Source: Gammaproteobacteria bacterium (GTDB lineage Bacteria > Pseudomonadota > Gammaproteobacteria > Eutrophobiales > Eutrophobiaceae). Taken from it: a stretch of DNA of 64,000 nucleotides. The notes below the pieces were generated by a model. That model was not told where the DNA came from. It worked only from the letters and a program-made list of their open reading frames with translations, and searched no databases. Shown one piece after another: positions 38,999 through 49,182 of the stretch. The stretch's first letter is position 1. Each line of letters opens with the position of its first letter. The position numbers and the translations under genes were made by a program. Location of the stretch: contig OZ220696.1 of assembly GCA_965116495.1 (NCBI GenBank), forward strand, positions 1,248,001-1,312,000. The letters are read 5' to 3'.

Positions 38999-39670
38999 CT
39001 ATTCCCTGAGGACCGTGCTCGCAATATAGTCAAGAAAAGCTTCCCTTTCCCGTTTGGAATCGGCTTTTCGCCGAAATGGATAATCGGTTAGTTGTCTTTT
39101 AGCCGGGCTCATCAATACGAAACCAAGAATCCCGCTCATGAGAATGATCGGCGCAGGCCCGTCGCCACCGGCTGGACGGATCTCATTCATTAAATCGGCC
39201 AGCGCCCTGTGAACTGGTTTCATGGAGACACCAACCAGAAATTTATGGTTGACCGCGCTTGGGTCGAGCATGTTGCGTACGGCGATATGCCGAAAATTAA
39301 CGTCCTTCAACAACGCATCGTACATTTCGGAGACGAAGGAGCGTAATCTTTCTTCAGGATCGCCCTTGCCTTCCAATGCGTTGAGCAGGCGCTCACGTAA
39401 TGCGCCGTAGATCTCGGCTTCGACCTCGCGGTACAATTTTTCCTTATCGCCAAAATAGTGATACAGGGTTGGCATGGACAGGTTTGTCGCGGATGAGATA
39501 TCGCGAACTGTTACACGGTCAAAGCCTTCCTTGGCAAACAACCGGGTAGCTTCTTTAAGAATATAATCCCGTGTACTCAATCCGCCACTGTGCATTTGCC
39601 TGGCTTTTGCGGTTTTACGCTTAGCGCCCCTGATTTTTGTTGCATTTGTTTCGTTTGATGTCTTAGTCAT
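38999..39670 (-). CDS. TetR/AcrR-family transcriptional regulator
   Basis: TRDYILKEATRLFAKEGFDRVTVRDISSATNLSMPTLYHYFGDKEKLY helix-turn-helix. Confidence 0.95.
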   Translation of the reverse strand: MTKTSNETNATKIRGAKRKTAKARQMHSGGLSTRDYILKEATRLFAKEGFDRVTVRDISSATNLSMPTLYHYFGDKEKLYREVEAEIYGALRERLLNALEGKGDPEERLRSFVSEMYDALLKDVNFRHIAVRNMLDPSAVNHKFLVGVSMKPVHRALADLMNEIRPAGGDGPAPIILMSGILGFVLMSPAKRQLTDYPFRRKADSKREREAFLDYIASTVLRE

Positions 39671-39790
39671 GTTTATCTTATGTATGCAACGTTCAACTAC
39701 AACATTGCCCTCCTTCGGTGATGATCAGAATTGTTCGGACACAAGCCGACTAGATATCACGAACAATCTATGTTGATCAAACTAGCTATT

Positions 39791-39806
39791 ATATAGCAAG
39801 CTATGT
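39791..39806. promoter_or_regulatory. shortened operator-like palindrome (ATATAGCAAGCTATGT) upstream of tetR
   Basis: Same arms (ATAGC/GCTAT) but a core 2 bp shorter. Confidence 0.45.
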
Positions 39807-39823
39807 GATATAGAAGACTTGAC

Positions 39824-40678
39824 TCAGATACCGGCAGCCGCAAATCCATTCGAGATGACTATCCTGTCCCGCTCCCTGACTCTGGCTTGAAAAGATACCC
39901 CCCCTTCGTTCATCCAACCCTGTACCTGCAAGGTTTCTCCCGGCAGTACCGGAGCACTGAAGCGCAAATCCAGTGATTTCATACGCGCGCTATCATAACC
40001 GAATGCCCTGCGTAATAATGAGTAACCACAAATGCCATAAGTACATAAGCCATGAAGAATAGGAACATCAAAACCGGCTTTCCTGGCAATGTCCGGATCG
40101 GCGTGGATTGGGTTTCTGTCTCCATTCAAGCGATAAAGCAACGCAGCCCGTTTGTCGATCGGCAATTCATCATTGAAATCGGGGGCCCTGTCCGGCACGT
40201 TTGCAAGCGGTTCCGGCGCTTCACCGAAACTGCCTGAACCTCCATCACCTCTCAGGAACAGGGTTGATGAAACCGTACAAAGGTGATCGCCGGTTCCATT
40301 ATCCGAGAGTATCTTGTCAAAGTAGACCAGCGCCCCTTTGTCCTCCCCTTTATCAACCACTGCCCTGATACGGTATTCGCCGCGTAACTCGCCTGACGGC
40401 GGCAGGGGCCGGGTGTATCGTGCCCGCTGTTCACCATGGAGCAGCTTTACGAAATTCACTTCAAATTTTTTATCGGCAATCCATGCGCCCGGATGCGCCA
40501 ATACCGCGCTCACACTCGGAATCACCCGCAGGTTCTTCTCGTATACAAACGGCAACTCATTCTCATCAAGGGGATCGTCACAGACACCCAGGCTGAGTGC
40601 ATACAGCATCACATCACGGTCAGTATAAGGGGTTACGGTAGTCTCAAATACATGGTCACGCAAAGCGTTCAGATTCAT
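39824..40678 (-). CDS. (R)-specific enoyl-CoA hydratase, double hot-dog MaoC (MFE-2 hydratase-like)
   Basis: MLYALSLG, LLHGEQ, YRLNGDRNPIHADP, ILHGLCTYG. Confidence 0.92.
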   Translation of the reverse strand: MNLNALRDHVFETTVTPYTDRDVMLYALSLGVCDDPLDENELPFVYEKNLRVIPSVSAVLAHPGAWIADKKFEVNFVKLLHGEQRARYTRPLPPSGELRGEYRIRAVVDKGEDKGALVYFDKILSDNGTGDHLCTVSSTLFLRGDGGSGSFGEAPEPLANVPDRAPDFNDELPIDKRAALLYRLNGDRNPIHADPDIARKAGFDVPILHGLCTYGICGYSLLRRAFGYDSARMKSLDLRFSAPVLPGETLQVQGWMNEGGVSFQARVRERDRIVISNGFAAAGI

Positions 40679-40708
40679 CGGGTTTTCAATCCTCGGAGAT
40701 GGCTTTAT

Positions 40709-41875
40709 TCAGTATGACCTCGGCAAGTCCAGTTCCTTTTCAGCAATGAAGGACAGGATAAGCTGTTCCGATACGGGTGTGAGCCGTTGCAGCATTGCCT
40801 CCCGCAGCAAACGCTCAACCTGGTACTCCTTTGCGTAACCCATACCACCGTGGGTCAGAACGGCCTGTGTTGCGGTGTCAAATGCAGCGCGACCACCCAG
40901 GAACTTGGCGGCATTGGCATAGGCCCCGCAGGACTTGCCGGAGTCGTAGAGATTGGCCGCCTTCAGCATCATCATCCTGGCGGCCTCAATTTGACACCAG
41001 TTTTCCGCGAGCGGGTGCTGTATGCCCTGGTTCTGCCCTATGACTCGGCCGAATACCTCACGCTCCTGCGCGTAACGCGACGCCCGACGCAGCGCATCCT
41101 CGGCAATACCGACCGCCCCCGCAGCCACAATAATTCGTTCGGGGTTCAGGCTGTGCAGGAGGTAATAAAACCCCTTGCCCTCATCGCCGATCCGATCTCG
41201 CTCCGGTATAAACAGGTCCTCGATAAAAATCGCGTTGGAATCCACTGCGCACCGGCCCATCTTCGGGATCCGCTGGACCTCGATTTTCTCTCGATTCAGC
41301 CTGGTGAAAAATATCGTCATTCCATCGGTAGGCTTGGTACATTCCGCCAGCGGCGTGGTTCGGGTGAGCAGCAGGATGTTATCGGCTTCCTGCGCCGTTG
41401 AAGTCCATAGCTTACTGCCATTGACCACGTAGCCGCCGTCTACTCTCCCGGCAAATGTCGTGATGGCTGTGGTGTTCAGACCCGCATTGGCTTCTGTGAC
41501 ACCAAAACAGGTCTTTTCAGATCCACTGATAAGCGGCGTCAGCATGCGTTCCTTCTGCTCCGGGGTCCCAAGGACCACGATGGGATGTGGTGCGAAGAGG
41601 TTGATCTGCAGGGTGGACATGGCGGCAGCACCACCTCCCCCTTTGGCCACGGCATTCATCATCAATGCTGCTTCTGTTACCCCAAGTCCCGACCCCCCGA
41701 GTTCTTCAGGCATGGTAATGCCCAGCCAACCTCCTTCTGCCATGGCACGGTGAAATTCATGGGGAAATTCGGCCTTTGTGTCTTTCTCGGTCCAGTATTC
41801 ATCATCGAAATCACTACAAACTTTGCCGACGGCATCCTGAATAGCGAGATGTTCTTCAGTCAAATCAAAATCCAT
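40709..41875 (-). CDS. acyl-CoA dehydrogenase
   Basis: FGVTEANAG, NGSKLWTS, LNPERI, THGGMGYAKEY. Confidence 0.93.
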   Translation of the reverse strand: MDFDLTEEHLAIQDAVGKVCSDFDDEYWTEKDTKAEFPHEFHRAMAEGGWLGITMPEELGGSGLGVTEAALMMNAVAKGGGGAAAMSTLQINLFAPHPIVVLGTPEQKERMLTPLISGSEKTCFGVTEANAGLNTTAITTFAGRVDGGYVVNGSKLWTSTAQEADNILLLTRTTPLAECTKPTDGMTIFFTRLNREKIEVQRIPKMGRCAVDSNAIFIEDLFIPERDRIGDEGKGFYYLLHSLNPERIIVAAGAVGIAEDALRRASRYAQEREVFGRVIGQNQGIQHPLAENWCQIEAARMMMLKAANLYDSGKSCGAYANAAKFLGGRAAFDTATQAVLTHGGMGYAKEYQVERLLREAMLQRLTPVSEQLILSFIAEKELDLPRSY

Positions 41876-41897
41876 AGTATTCCCCGGGGCCATAAAC

Positions 41898-43043
41898 TCA
41901 TTTGGAAAAAATGTCCCTGCTGATAATCTCCTTCATGATTTCAGTGGAGCCACCGGCAATACGTCGAACTCGAGTATCGATAAAAAGACGGCCAATAGGG
42001 TATTCAAGGGTATAACCGTATCCACCATGGAGCTGGAGACACTGGTCCGCAGTTCTACCCAACAATTCGGTCGACAGCATCTTGGCCTTGGCAGCGTCAA
42101 CGGCATTCAATTCATTGACGTTCGCTAACTCCAGGCACCTGTCGATGAATACACGCAGGGCGGAGATTTCGGCTTCCAACTGGGCAAGCACAAAGCGCGT
42201 GTTTTGGAAATCGGCCACCACCGTACCAAATGCCTTTCTTTCCCTGGTATAGTCCACCGTCCATTTGATCGCCGCCTCAGCCATGGTAATTGCAGAGCAG
42301 GCGATGGTGATACGCTCATGGGCAAGGTTTGCGATGGCGATCCTGAACCCTTCATTTTCATTACCTATCAGGTTCTCAGCCGGCACTCGCACATCCTGGA
42401 AGAACAGTTCAGAGGTGTCCTGCGCCTTGAGTCCGATCTTTTCTATGTTCTGGCCACGGGCGAAACCTTCCCGGCTGGTCTCAACGATAATGAAGCTCAT
42501 GCCCCTGGCGCCGGCTGCAGGGTCGGTTTTACAGGCAAGAATAACTATATCTGCGAGCTGTCCATTAGAGATCCAGGTTTTCTGGCCGTTAATCACATAG
42601 TGTTCCCCGTCGCGAACGGCGCGGGTTTTGATTGCTTTAAGATCACTGCCCGCATCGGGTTCGGAAAGCCCTATCGCAGCGATCACCTCACCTGATACCA
42701 TCCTGGGCAGCCAATTTTTCTTTTGTTGTTCATTACCGAACCGGGTGATATACACGGCAGCCATATCAGAGTGGACGGCAAACCCGGGGCCTGTGGCAAG
42801 CGCCTTGGCAAGTTCTTCGTGGAGAACCACGTTAAAGAGGAAATCAGCGCCGGGCCCGCCGTACTCTTCTTCAACATTGCTGCAGAGCAACCCAGCCTCA
42901 CCGGCCTTCAGCCACAGCTCCCGCGGCACAACACCATCCTTGTCCCATTGATCATGGTAGGGGGTGATTTCAACTTCTATAAACCGGCGAACTGCATCAC
43001 GAAAAATTTCATGCTCCTCGTTAAATATCGTTCTGCGTATCAT
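41898..43043 (-). CDS. acyl-CoA dehydrogenase (LCAD-like)
   Basis: LSEPDAGSD, INGQKTWISNG, LAHERI, QLHGGYGY, GGSTEIMK. Confidence 0.94.
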   Translation of the reverse strand: MIRRTIFNEEHEIFRDAVRRFIEVEITPYHDQWDKDGVVPRELWLKAGEAGLLCSNVEEEYGGPGADFLFNVVLHEELAKALATGPGFAVHSDMAAVYITRFGNEQQKKNWLPRMVSGEVIAAIGLSEPDAGSDLKAIKTRAVRDGEHYVINGQKTWISNGQLADIVILACKTDPAAGARGMSFIIVETSREGFARGQNIEKIGLKAQDTSELFFQDVRVPAENLIGNENEGFRIAIANLAHERITIACSAITMAEAAIKWTVDYTRERKAFGTVVADFQNTRFVLAQLEAEISALRVFIDRCLELANVNELNAVDAAKAKMLSTELLGRTADQCLQLHGGYGYTLEYPIGRLFIDTRVRRIAGGSTEIMKEIISRDIFSK

Positions 43044-43155
43044 ATTTTTCCGTAAGCATCATGTTCAACATCAACCTGGAATCCTATCCGGGTTTATCGA
43101 AAAGGCAAATCCGACGATCGCCGGCGGGACCCGAGGCCGTTACCTCGCCACATTA

Positions 43156-43173
43156 ATATAGCATATGCTATAT
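43156..43173. promoter_or_regulatory. perfect palindromic operator ATATAGCATATGCTATAT
   Basis: 18/18 match, in a divergent intergenic region. Confidence 0.9.
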
Positions 43174-43226
43174 TTATTTCAAGAACTGCTTCCTGTACGA
43201 TTGCTGTAGCTTGAAACGCTGAACTA

Positions 43227-43244
43227 ATATAGCGTATGCTATAT
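43227..43244. promoter_or_regulatory. palindromic operator copy (ATATAGCGTATGCTATAT)
   Basis: 17/18 match, 71 bp from the previous copy. Confidence 0.87.
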
Positions 43245-43289
43245 TGAATTGGAAATTACGGTGTCTGCCTGGTTACCGGGGAATCAACT

Positions 43290-44741
43290 ATGAGTTCATC
43301 AGGAATTACCGGCTTTGGGGCCTACATTCCCCGCCTTCGCATCCAACGCAGCTTGATCGCGGATGCTCACGCCTGGATGGCGCCATCACTGCGTGGCGCA
43401 GCAAAAGGTGAACGGGCCTTTTGCAGTTGGGACGAGGATGCGATCACCATGGCCGTTGAGGCAGGACGTGACTGCCTGAGCGGCATTGGCGTCGAATCAA
43501 TAGAGAGCGTTGCCCTGGTCTCAACTACCCTGCCCTTCGCCGATTTGCAGAACAGTGCAGTCGTGTCCAGCGCACTGCAATTGAAAGCCAGCACTGAAAG
43601 TATGGACATTGCCGGTTCCCAGCGGGGCGGCACCTCCGGGCTTTCCCGGGCACTGCAATCGGAAAAGTCCTGCCTTATCATTGGATCGGAACGTCCCGTG
43701 GCCAAACCGGCCAGCGCTCAGGAACTGGCCTTTGGCGCAGGCGCGGCAGCAATCACCACCGGCAGTAAGGACGTGATTGCCGGGTACCTGGCCGGCGCTA
43801 CCGTGACAGCCAATTTTGTCGACCATTTTCGCGCCGCGGAGGAAAAGTATAACTATTACTGGGAAGATCGATGGGTCCGTGACGAAGCAATCCTCAAACT
43901 GGTACCGAAAGCGGCTGCCTCCGCACTTGACCAGGCCGGTATCAGCGTACGAGAGCTGGATCATCTGATCATGCCGCCGGTTCAACGAAACGCGGCCCAG
44001 GCGGTTGCGCGAAAACTGGGATTCGAGGGTAAACTGGCGGATGAACTGAAACAGAATTGCGGTTACACCGGTGCCGCGCACCCACTGTTAATGCTGGCCG
44101 GCGTACTTGAAGAGGCCGGAGCCGGGGAATACATACTGCTCATCGGGTTTGGCCAGGGTGTTGATGCCCTGCTGCTGCGAACAACCGAACACCTGGCTGC
44201 GCATCAACCGATGCGGGGAGTCAAGGGCAGCCTGGCTGACAAACTGGACACTTGTGATTACCTGCGCATGCTTTCATTCTACCAGGGGATAGAGCTGGAC
44301 TGGGGTATGCGCTCAGAAAAGAACTCCAAAACCATGTTGTCCGCCCAGTATCGAACCCTGAACCAGACAGCCGGTTTTAATGCGGGACGTTGCGCACAAT
44401 GTAATACCATACAGTTTCCACAACTACAGTATTGCGTTAATGACGGATGCCGGGCGCCGTCAGAACAATTTGAAAATATCTCCCTGGTAGACGAACCCTG
44501 CAAGGTATTCACGTTCACCAATGACTGGCTCTCCTATCATCCTGCCCCGCCCCTTAATGTTGGCTTTATCCAGTTTGACAATGGCGCGCGGGTGTCAATG
44601 GAAATGGTCGATGCAGGCCCCGGTGGACTTGCCGTTGGCGTGCCCATGCGTATCGTTTTCAGGATCAAGGAAATTGACTGGCAACGGTGTTATCGCAGAT
44701 ATTTCTGGAAAGCCACCCCCGAATTGATAAAAGAGGACTGA
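43290..44741 (+). CDS. HMG-CoA-synthase-like domain fused to a C-terminal DUF35 (Zn ribbon/OB-fold) domain
   Basis: GFGAYIPRLR, DEDAITMAVEA, GAGAAA; C-terminal CAQC...YCVNDGC and YFWKA. Confidence 0.88.
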   Translation: MSSSGITGFGAYIPRLRIQRSLIADAHAWMAPSLRGAAKGERAFCSWDEDAITMAVEAGRDCLSGIGVESIESVALVSTTLPFADLQNSAVVSSALQLKASTESMDIAGSQRGGTSGLSRALQSEKSCLIIGSERPVAKPASAQELAFGAGAAAITTGSKDVIAGYLAGATVTANFVDHFRAAEEKYNYYWEDRWVRDEAILKLVPKAAASALDQAGISVRELDHLIMPPVQRNAAQAVARKLGFEGKLADELKQNCGYTGAAHPLLMLAGVLEEAGAGEYILLIGFGQGVDALLLRTTEHLAAHQPMRGVKGSLADKLDTCDYLRMLSFYQGIELDWGMRSEKNSKTMLSAQYRTLNQTAGFNAGRCAQCNTIQFPQLQYCVNDGCRAPSEQFENISLVDEPCKVFTFTNDWLSYHPAPPLNVGFIQFDNGARVSMEMVDAGPGGLAVGVPMRIVFRIKEIDWQRCYRRYFWKATPELIKED

Positions 44742-44743
44742 AC

Positions 44744-45940
44744 ATGGCATCCGGCATCAAAGATAAAGTAGCAATACTGGGCATGGGTTGTTCGCAATTC
44801 GGCGAACGCTGGGACAAAGATTCACCCGATTTGATGGCGGAAGCCTTTGATGAAGCGCTGCTGGATGCCGGTGTGGAGCGTAATCAGATCGATGCGGCGT
44901 GGTACGGTTGTTGCACCGACTCGGTCAACGTTGGGAATTCGGCGATACCTGCATCCACTGCCTTACGGCTTGACGGTATCCCGGTAAGCCGTATGGAAAA
45001 TATGTGCGCCACAGGAACGGAAGCGCTACGCGGCGCAACTTATGCCGTTGCTGCCGGCGCCGCTGACATCGCGCTCGCCATCGGCGCGGAGAAATTGAAG
45101 GACACCGGTTACGGCGGGCTACCACCCGTATTCAAGGGTAACTTCAACGAACTCTGGTTACCACTGGGGTCCGCCCCGGCGGGATTTGCCCAACTCGCAC
45201 ACGGTTACGAACATAAACATGGCGTATCCCGGGAAGATATCAAGCAGGCCATGGCCCATATCTCCTGGAAAAGCCATCAGAATGGTACTCTCAGCCCCAA
45301 GGCGCACCTGCGTAAGGCCGTGTCCATGGAGACCATTCTCAACGCTCCCATGATATCCGATCCCATCGGGCTGTTTGATTGCTGCGGTGTATCGGATGGG
45401 GCCGCATGCGCCATTGTCACGACCCCGGAAATCGCACGCTCCCTGGGTAAGTCAGACCTGGTATCCATCAAGGCCCTGCAGCTTTCCATCAGCTCCGGTA
45501 TGGAATCCACAACCAATAGCTGGGATGGCAGCCATGTCCGAAATACCAGAATTGCCGCCCGGCGCGCCTACCGGGAGGCCGGGATCGACAAGCCCCGGGA
45601 AGAACTCAGCCTGATTGAGGTGCATGACTGTTTTTCCATTACCGAGTTGGTTACCATGGAAGACCTTTTCCTGTCCGAAGAGGGACAGGCAACCAGAGAT
45701 GTTATGGATGGGTTTTATGATCGCGACGGCGGAGTGCCGTGCCAGACAGATGGAGGGCTCAAGTGCTTTGGTCATCCTATCGGGGCATCCGGTCTGCGCA
45801 TGGCCTACGAGATCTACTCTCAGTTGCTGGACCGCGCCGGAGAACGACAACTGGATAGCCCCAGCATTGGCCTGGCACACAATCTCGGCGGCGTTCCATA
45901 CTTGAGCATTTCAGCAATTTCTATTCTCGGATTAATGTGA
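44744..45940 (+). CDS. SCP-x-type thiolase
   Basis: ENMCATG, DGAAC, EVHDCF, GHPIGASG; ATG after GAGG. Confidence 0.93.
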   Translation: MASGIKDKVAILGMGCSQFGERWDKDSPDLMAEAFDEALLDAGVERNQIDAAWYGCCTDSVNVGNSAIPASTALRLDGIPVSRMENMCATGTEALRGATYAVAAGAADIALAIGAEKLKDTGYGGLPPVFKGNFNELWLPLGSAPAGFAQLAHGYEHKHGVSREDIKQAMAHISWKSHQNGTLSPKAHLRKAVSMETILNAPMISDPIGLFDCCGVSDGAACAIVTTPEIARSLGKSDLVSIKALQLSISSGMESTTNSWDGSHVRNTRIAARRAYREAGIDKPREELSLIEVHDCFSITELVTMEDLFLSEEGQATRDVMDGFYDRDGGVPCQTDGGLKCFGHPIGASGLRMAYEIYSQLLDRAGERQLDSPSIGLAHNLGGVPYLSISAISILGLM

Positions 45941-45950
45941 TTTCGCTAAA

Positions 45951-46421
45951 ATGATCCGTAAAATACCACTTCAGGATGTACCCGATTTAGTCGGTCAGGA
46001 AATTGGCGTTTCAGAATGGGAGACAATAACCCAGGACATGATTAACGCGTTTGCGGACGTCAGCGGTGATCACACCTGGATTCACGTGGATGTTGAAAGG
46101 GCAAAGCGCGAGCTTGGAGGGACTGTTGGTCACGGTTTTCTGACGCTGTCCCTGGTTCCGGCACACTGGCTCAGCATCGCTGAGATAACAGGGTGGGATT
46201 ACGGCTACATGTATGGGCTGGACAAGACCCGGTGGTTGCATCCCGTAACCAGTGGTACCCGCGTACGCTTACGCGCCACCATGCTTGAACCGGAGGATAG
46301 AAAAGGCGGCACCATCGTCAGTATTAACTGCGTGATTGAAATTGAGGGGGCAGATAAACCCGCCCTGGTGACCGACTGGAAAGAAATTTTTTATACACAT
46401 TCCGGTGATGACAGCGGCTAA
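45951..46421 (+). CDS. MaoC-family dehydratase (NodN-like)
   Basis: FADVSGDHTWIHVD, GHGFLTLSL. Confidence 0.9.
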   Translation: MIRKIPLQDVPDLVGQEIGVSEWETITQDMINAFADVSGDHTWIHVDVERAKRELGGTVGHGFLTLSLVPAHWLSIAEITGWDYGYMYGLDKTRWLHPVTSGTRVRLRATMLEPEDRKGGTIVSINCVIEIEGADKPALVTDWKEIFYTHSGDDSG

Positions 46422-46424
46422 GTC

Positions 46425-47939
46425 ATGCATCCACGCCACTGGTCAGCAGTCTACCCCGACAAACCTGCTGTAATCGCTGTCACTGCCGGTGAAACTATCA
46501 GCTATAAAGAGCTGAATGACCGGTCTGTTCAATGTGCCAACCTGTTGCGTCAGGCAGGGTTAAAGCCGGGGGACCACATGGCAGTGATCATGGAAAATAA
46601 TCCCCGATTTTTTGAAATCAGCTGGGCGGCGCAACGGAGCGGACTTTATTTCACCGCTATTTCCTGGCGCTTCAAACCTGAAGAAGTGGTGTATATCCTC
46701 GAACACTGTGGCGCCAGGGTATTGTTTTCATCCACACAACAGAGGGAGCTATGCCGACGGTTGGGCAAGACCACTCGAGGACTCTCCTGTTTTATGGCGG
46801 GTGGGGAAATGGAAGGCTTTGAAAATTACGAGTCTGCCATAGCAGGGCAGCCAACTACGCCGTCCGGGAAGGAAACCCGGGGAGTGGATATGCTGTACTC
46901 TTCGGGGTCTACCGGAAGACCCAAGGCAATCAAAATTCCGATCGAGGATGCTGCCATCGATGAACCGGCCGCGCTTTATGCGTTCTTCGGCCGGCGCTAT
47001 CAATGGAATGAACAGACGAAATATCTCATGTCTGCACCGCTCTACCACTCCGGGCCGTTGCGCTTTTCCATGGCGCAACATTATTTTGGCGGCACCGTTG
47101 TAATGACTGAAAGGTTTGAGGCAGAACAAAACCTGGCCTTGATTGAACAATATCGGATCACCCATGCCCACTGGGTTCCGACCATGATGGTAAGGTTCCT
47201 GAAATTGCCTGATGCGGTGCGCAAGGCTTTTGACATCAGTTCACTTGAATTTGTCATGAGCGGCGCCGCCCCGGTTTCAGTGGAAACCAAACAAGCCATG
47301 ATCGACTGGTTAGGGCCCATCCTTGAAGAAGCCTACGGGGGTACGGAAGGTAATGGTGCGACCATGCTTAATTCAGAGGAGTGGCTGCAACACCCGGGTT
47401 CAGTGGGCAAGGCCGTGGGTTGTAGAGTACATGTTGTCGACGACGACGGTAACGAATTACCCGCCGGCCAGGTAGGCATAATTTATTTTGATGGACCTGA
47501 ATTTGAATATTACAAGGACCCGGAACAAACCAGGGAAGCCTATAACGACAAGGGTTGGAGTACCCTTGGCGATATTGGCTACTTGGATAAGGATGGCTAC
47601 CTTTACCTCACAGACCGTAAAACCGACGTAGCCATTATCAACGGTGTCAATGTTTATCCTCTCGAAGCAGAACAGTTACTGATCAATCACCCCAAGGTAA
47701 TTGATGCCGCTGTTTTCGGCTTGCCGGATGGTGACAGTGGTGAGCGCCTTCACGCCGTTGTTCAACCCGCCGGGAGCAGTCTTCCGGGTAAGGCGCTCTC
47801 GGTTGAATTGATTGACTATTGCCGGGCAAGAATCGCCGCATTCAAATGTCCTCATACGATTGATTTTCGCTCCCGGATCCCCCGCCACGAGACGGGAAAA
47901 CTGTACAAACGCCTGCTGAAAGAAGAATATTTACGATGA
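46425..47939 (+). CDS. acyl-CoA synthetase (AMP-forming)
   Basis: YSSGSTGRPK, YGGTE, GDIGYLDKDGYLYLTDR, TGKLYK. Confidence 0.95.
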   Translation: MHPRHWSAVYPDKPAVIAVTAGETISYKELNDRSVQCANLLRQAGLKPGDHMAVIMENNPRFFEISWAAQRSGLYFTAISWRFKPEEVVYILEHCGARVLFSSTQQRELCRRLGKTTRGLSCFMAGGEMEGFENYESAIAGQPTTPSGKETRGVDMLYSSGSTGRPKAIKIPIEDAAIDEPAALYAFFGRRYQWNEQTKYLMSAPLYHSGPLRFSMAQHYFGGTVVMTERFEAEQNLALIEQYRITHAHWVPTMMVRFLKLPDAVRKAFDISSLEFVMSGAAPVSVETKQAMIDWLGPILEEAYGGTEGNGATMLNSEEWLQHPGSVGKAVGCRVHVVDDDGNELPAGQVGIIYFDGPEFEYYKDPEQTREAYNDKGWSTLGDIGYLDKDGYLYLTDRKTDVAIINGVNVYPLEAEQLLINHPKVIDAAVFGLPDGDSGERLHAVVQPAGSSLPGKALSVELIDYCRARIAAFKCPHTIDFRSRIPRHETGKLYKRLLKEEYLR

Positions 47940-47954
47940 GGACACTCGAAGATT

Positions 47955-48416
47955 ATGCCTGATTCAACCTACGACCGTTTACATGGCTATTACCTGGAAG
48001 ACCTCAGTCTCGGTATGAGTGATGACTTTACAAAAACAATTACCGAATCTGACATTCTGATCTATGCAGGTGTTTCAGGCGACAACAACCCCCTGCACCT
48101 CGATGAAGAGTTTGCATCACAAACCAGATTCAAAGGCAGAATATCACACGGAATGCTGACAACAAGCCTCTGGTCAACCATCGTTGGTACAAAACTTCCC
48201 GGGCCAGGTAGTGCCTATATGAGGCAGGACATGAAGTTCCTGAAACCGGTGCGTATTGGCGATTCGGTCACTGCAACCATGACAGTGGTCGAGGTAAACG
48301 TTGAAAAACAGCAAGTGACCCTGGATGCTGAATGCCTTGTCGAGGGCGAACTTGTGGCGACCGGCCGCGGTCTTGTCTGGGTGCCCAAAAAGCAGGCAAG
48401 CGCCCCAAACGCATAA
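47955..48416 (+). CDS. MaoC-family (R)-enoyl-CoA hydratase (PhaJ-like)
   Basis: SGDNNPLHLD, ISHGML, LPGPG, FLKPVRIGD. Confidence 0.92.
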   Translation: MPDSTYDRLHGYYLEDLSLGMSDDFTKTITESDILIYAGVSGDNNPLHLDEEFASQTRFKGRISHGMLTTSLWSTIVGTKLPGPGSAYMRQDMKFLKPVRIGDSVTATMTVVEVNVEKQQVTLDAECLVEGELVATGRGLVWVPKKQASAPNA

Positions 48417-48431
48417 ACGTCAGGTGTCGCG

Positions 48432-49136
48432 TCAGGTTGCGACCCTGGTGTAGTCCTGGTTTTGAATCGCCTTGACCGTGTACCGCCATATGATGCCGAT
48501 CCACAAAAAGAAAACGGATGCGACGAGCCAGAATCCAATCACGCCATTCCAGGCGAAGGGGCCGCCATGAAAAAACGGCAACAGCACACCTGGAAGGAAA
48601 AGGACCGCGACCCAGAAATTAACAAACCCGAGCCAGCGGGGAAAGAGGGTTTTGTCACTCTTGTCACCAAGAATACATAAGCCGAACGATACGACCTGAA
48701 TAGCTAGCGGCGGATAGGCGCCAATAAACATCAGCCATGCCAAATCGTTAAAAATCTGGATGTTTTGAGCCGACATATCCGGCCGGTAGGCAGCGGCCAG
48801 CACAAAATAACCTGTGAAGAGCACCGTTAATACTGCGCCTGAGGCTGACGCCATTTGTACGCGCGATAATATGGGATCTTCATATCCTTCTATTCGTCTC
48901 ATTTGACCAGCGATTGCAGCAGAAAATGACCAGAAGAATACACCGCTGAAAACACAAAGGCTGATACCAATGCGAATATATTGTCTGTCGGCGGAATACA
49001 TCGCCTGAATCGCTTCAGCATTGAGTCCCGGTTCAACGGGAGGGAACCAACCAGGAATAAAAAACCACCCTGCACCAAGTAAGACAGCGAAGACAAGTCC
49101 GCTGTGCGCACAGATTAGCTGATTACGTTTATTCAT
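48432..49136 (-). CDS. uncharacterised integral membrane protein (GPFAWNG family), paralog of 3798..4547
   Basis: FPP, AAYRP, NDLAW, LFPRW, GPFAWNG. Confidence 0.8.
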   Translation of the reverse strand: MNKRNQLICAHSGLVFAVLLGAGWFFIPGWFPPVEPGLNAEAIQAMYSADRQYIRIGISLCVFSGVFFWSFSAAIAGQMRRIEGYEDPILSRVQMASASGAVLTVLFTGYFVLAAAYRPDMSAQNIQIFNDLAWLMFIGAYPPLAIQVVSFGLCILGDKSDKTLFPRWLGFVNFWVAVLFLPGVLLPFFHGGPFAWNGVIGFWLVASVFFLWIGIIWRYTVKAIQNQDYTRVAT

Positions 49137-49182
49137 TTTATTTATCCTTACGGTTTTGGCCCGGATGACATTTTGCCATTAT

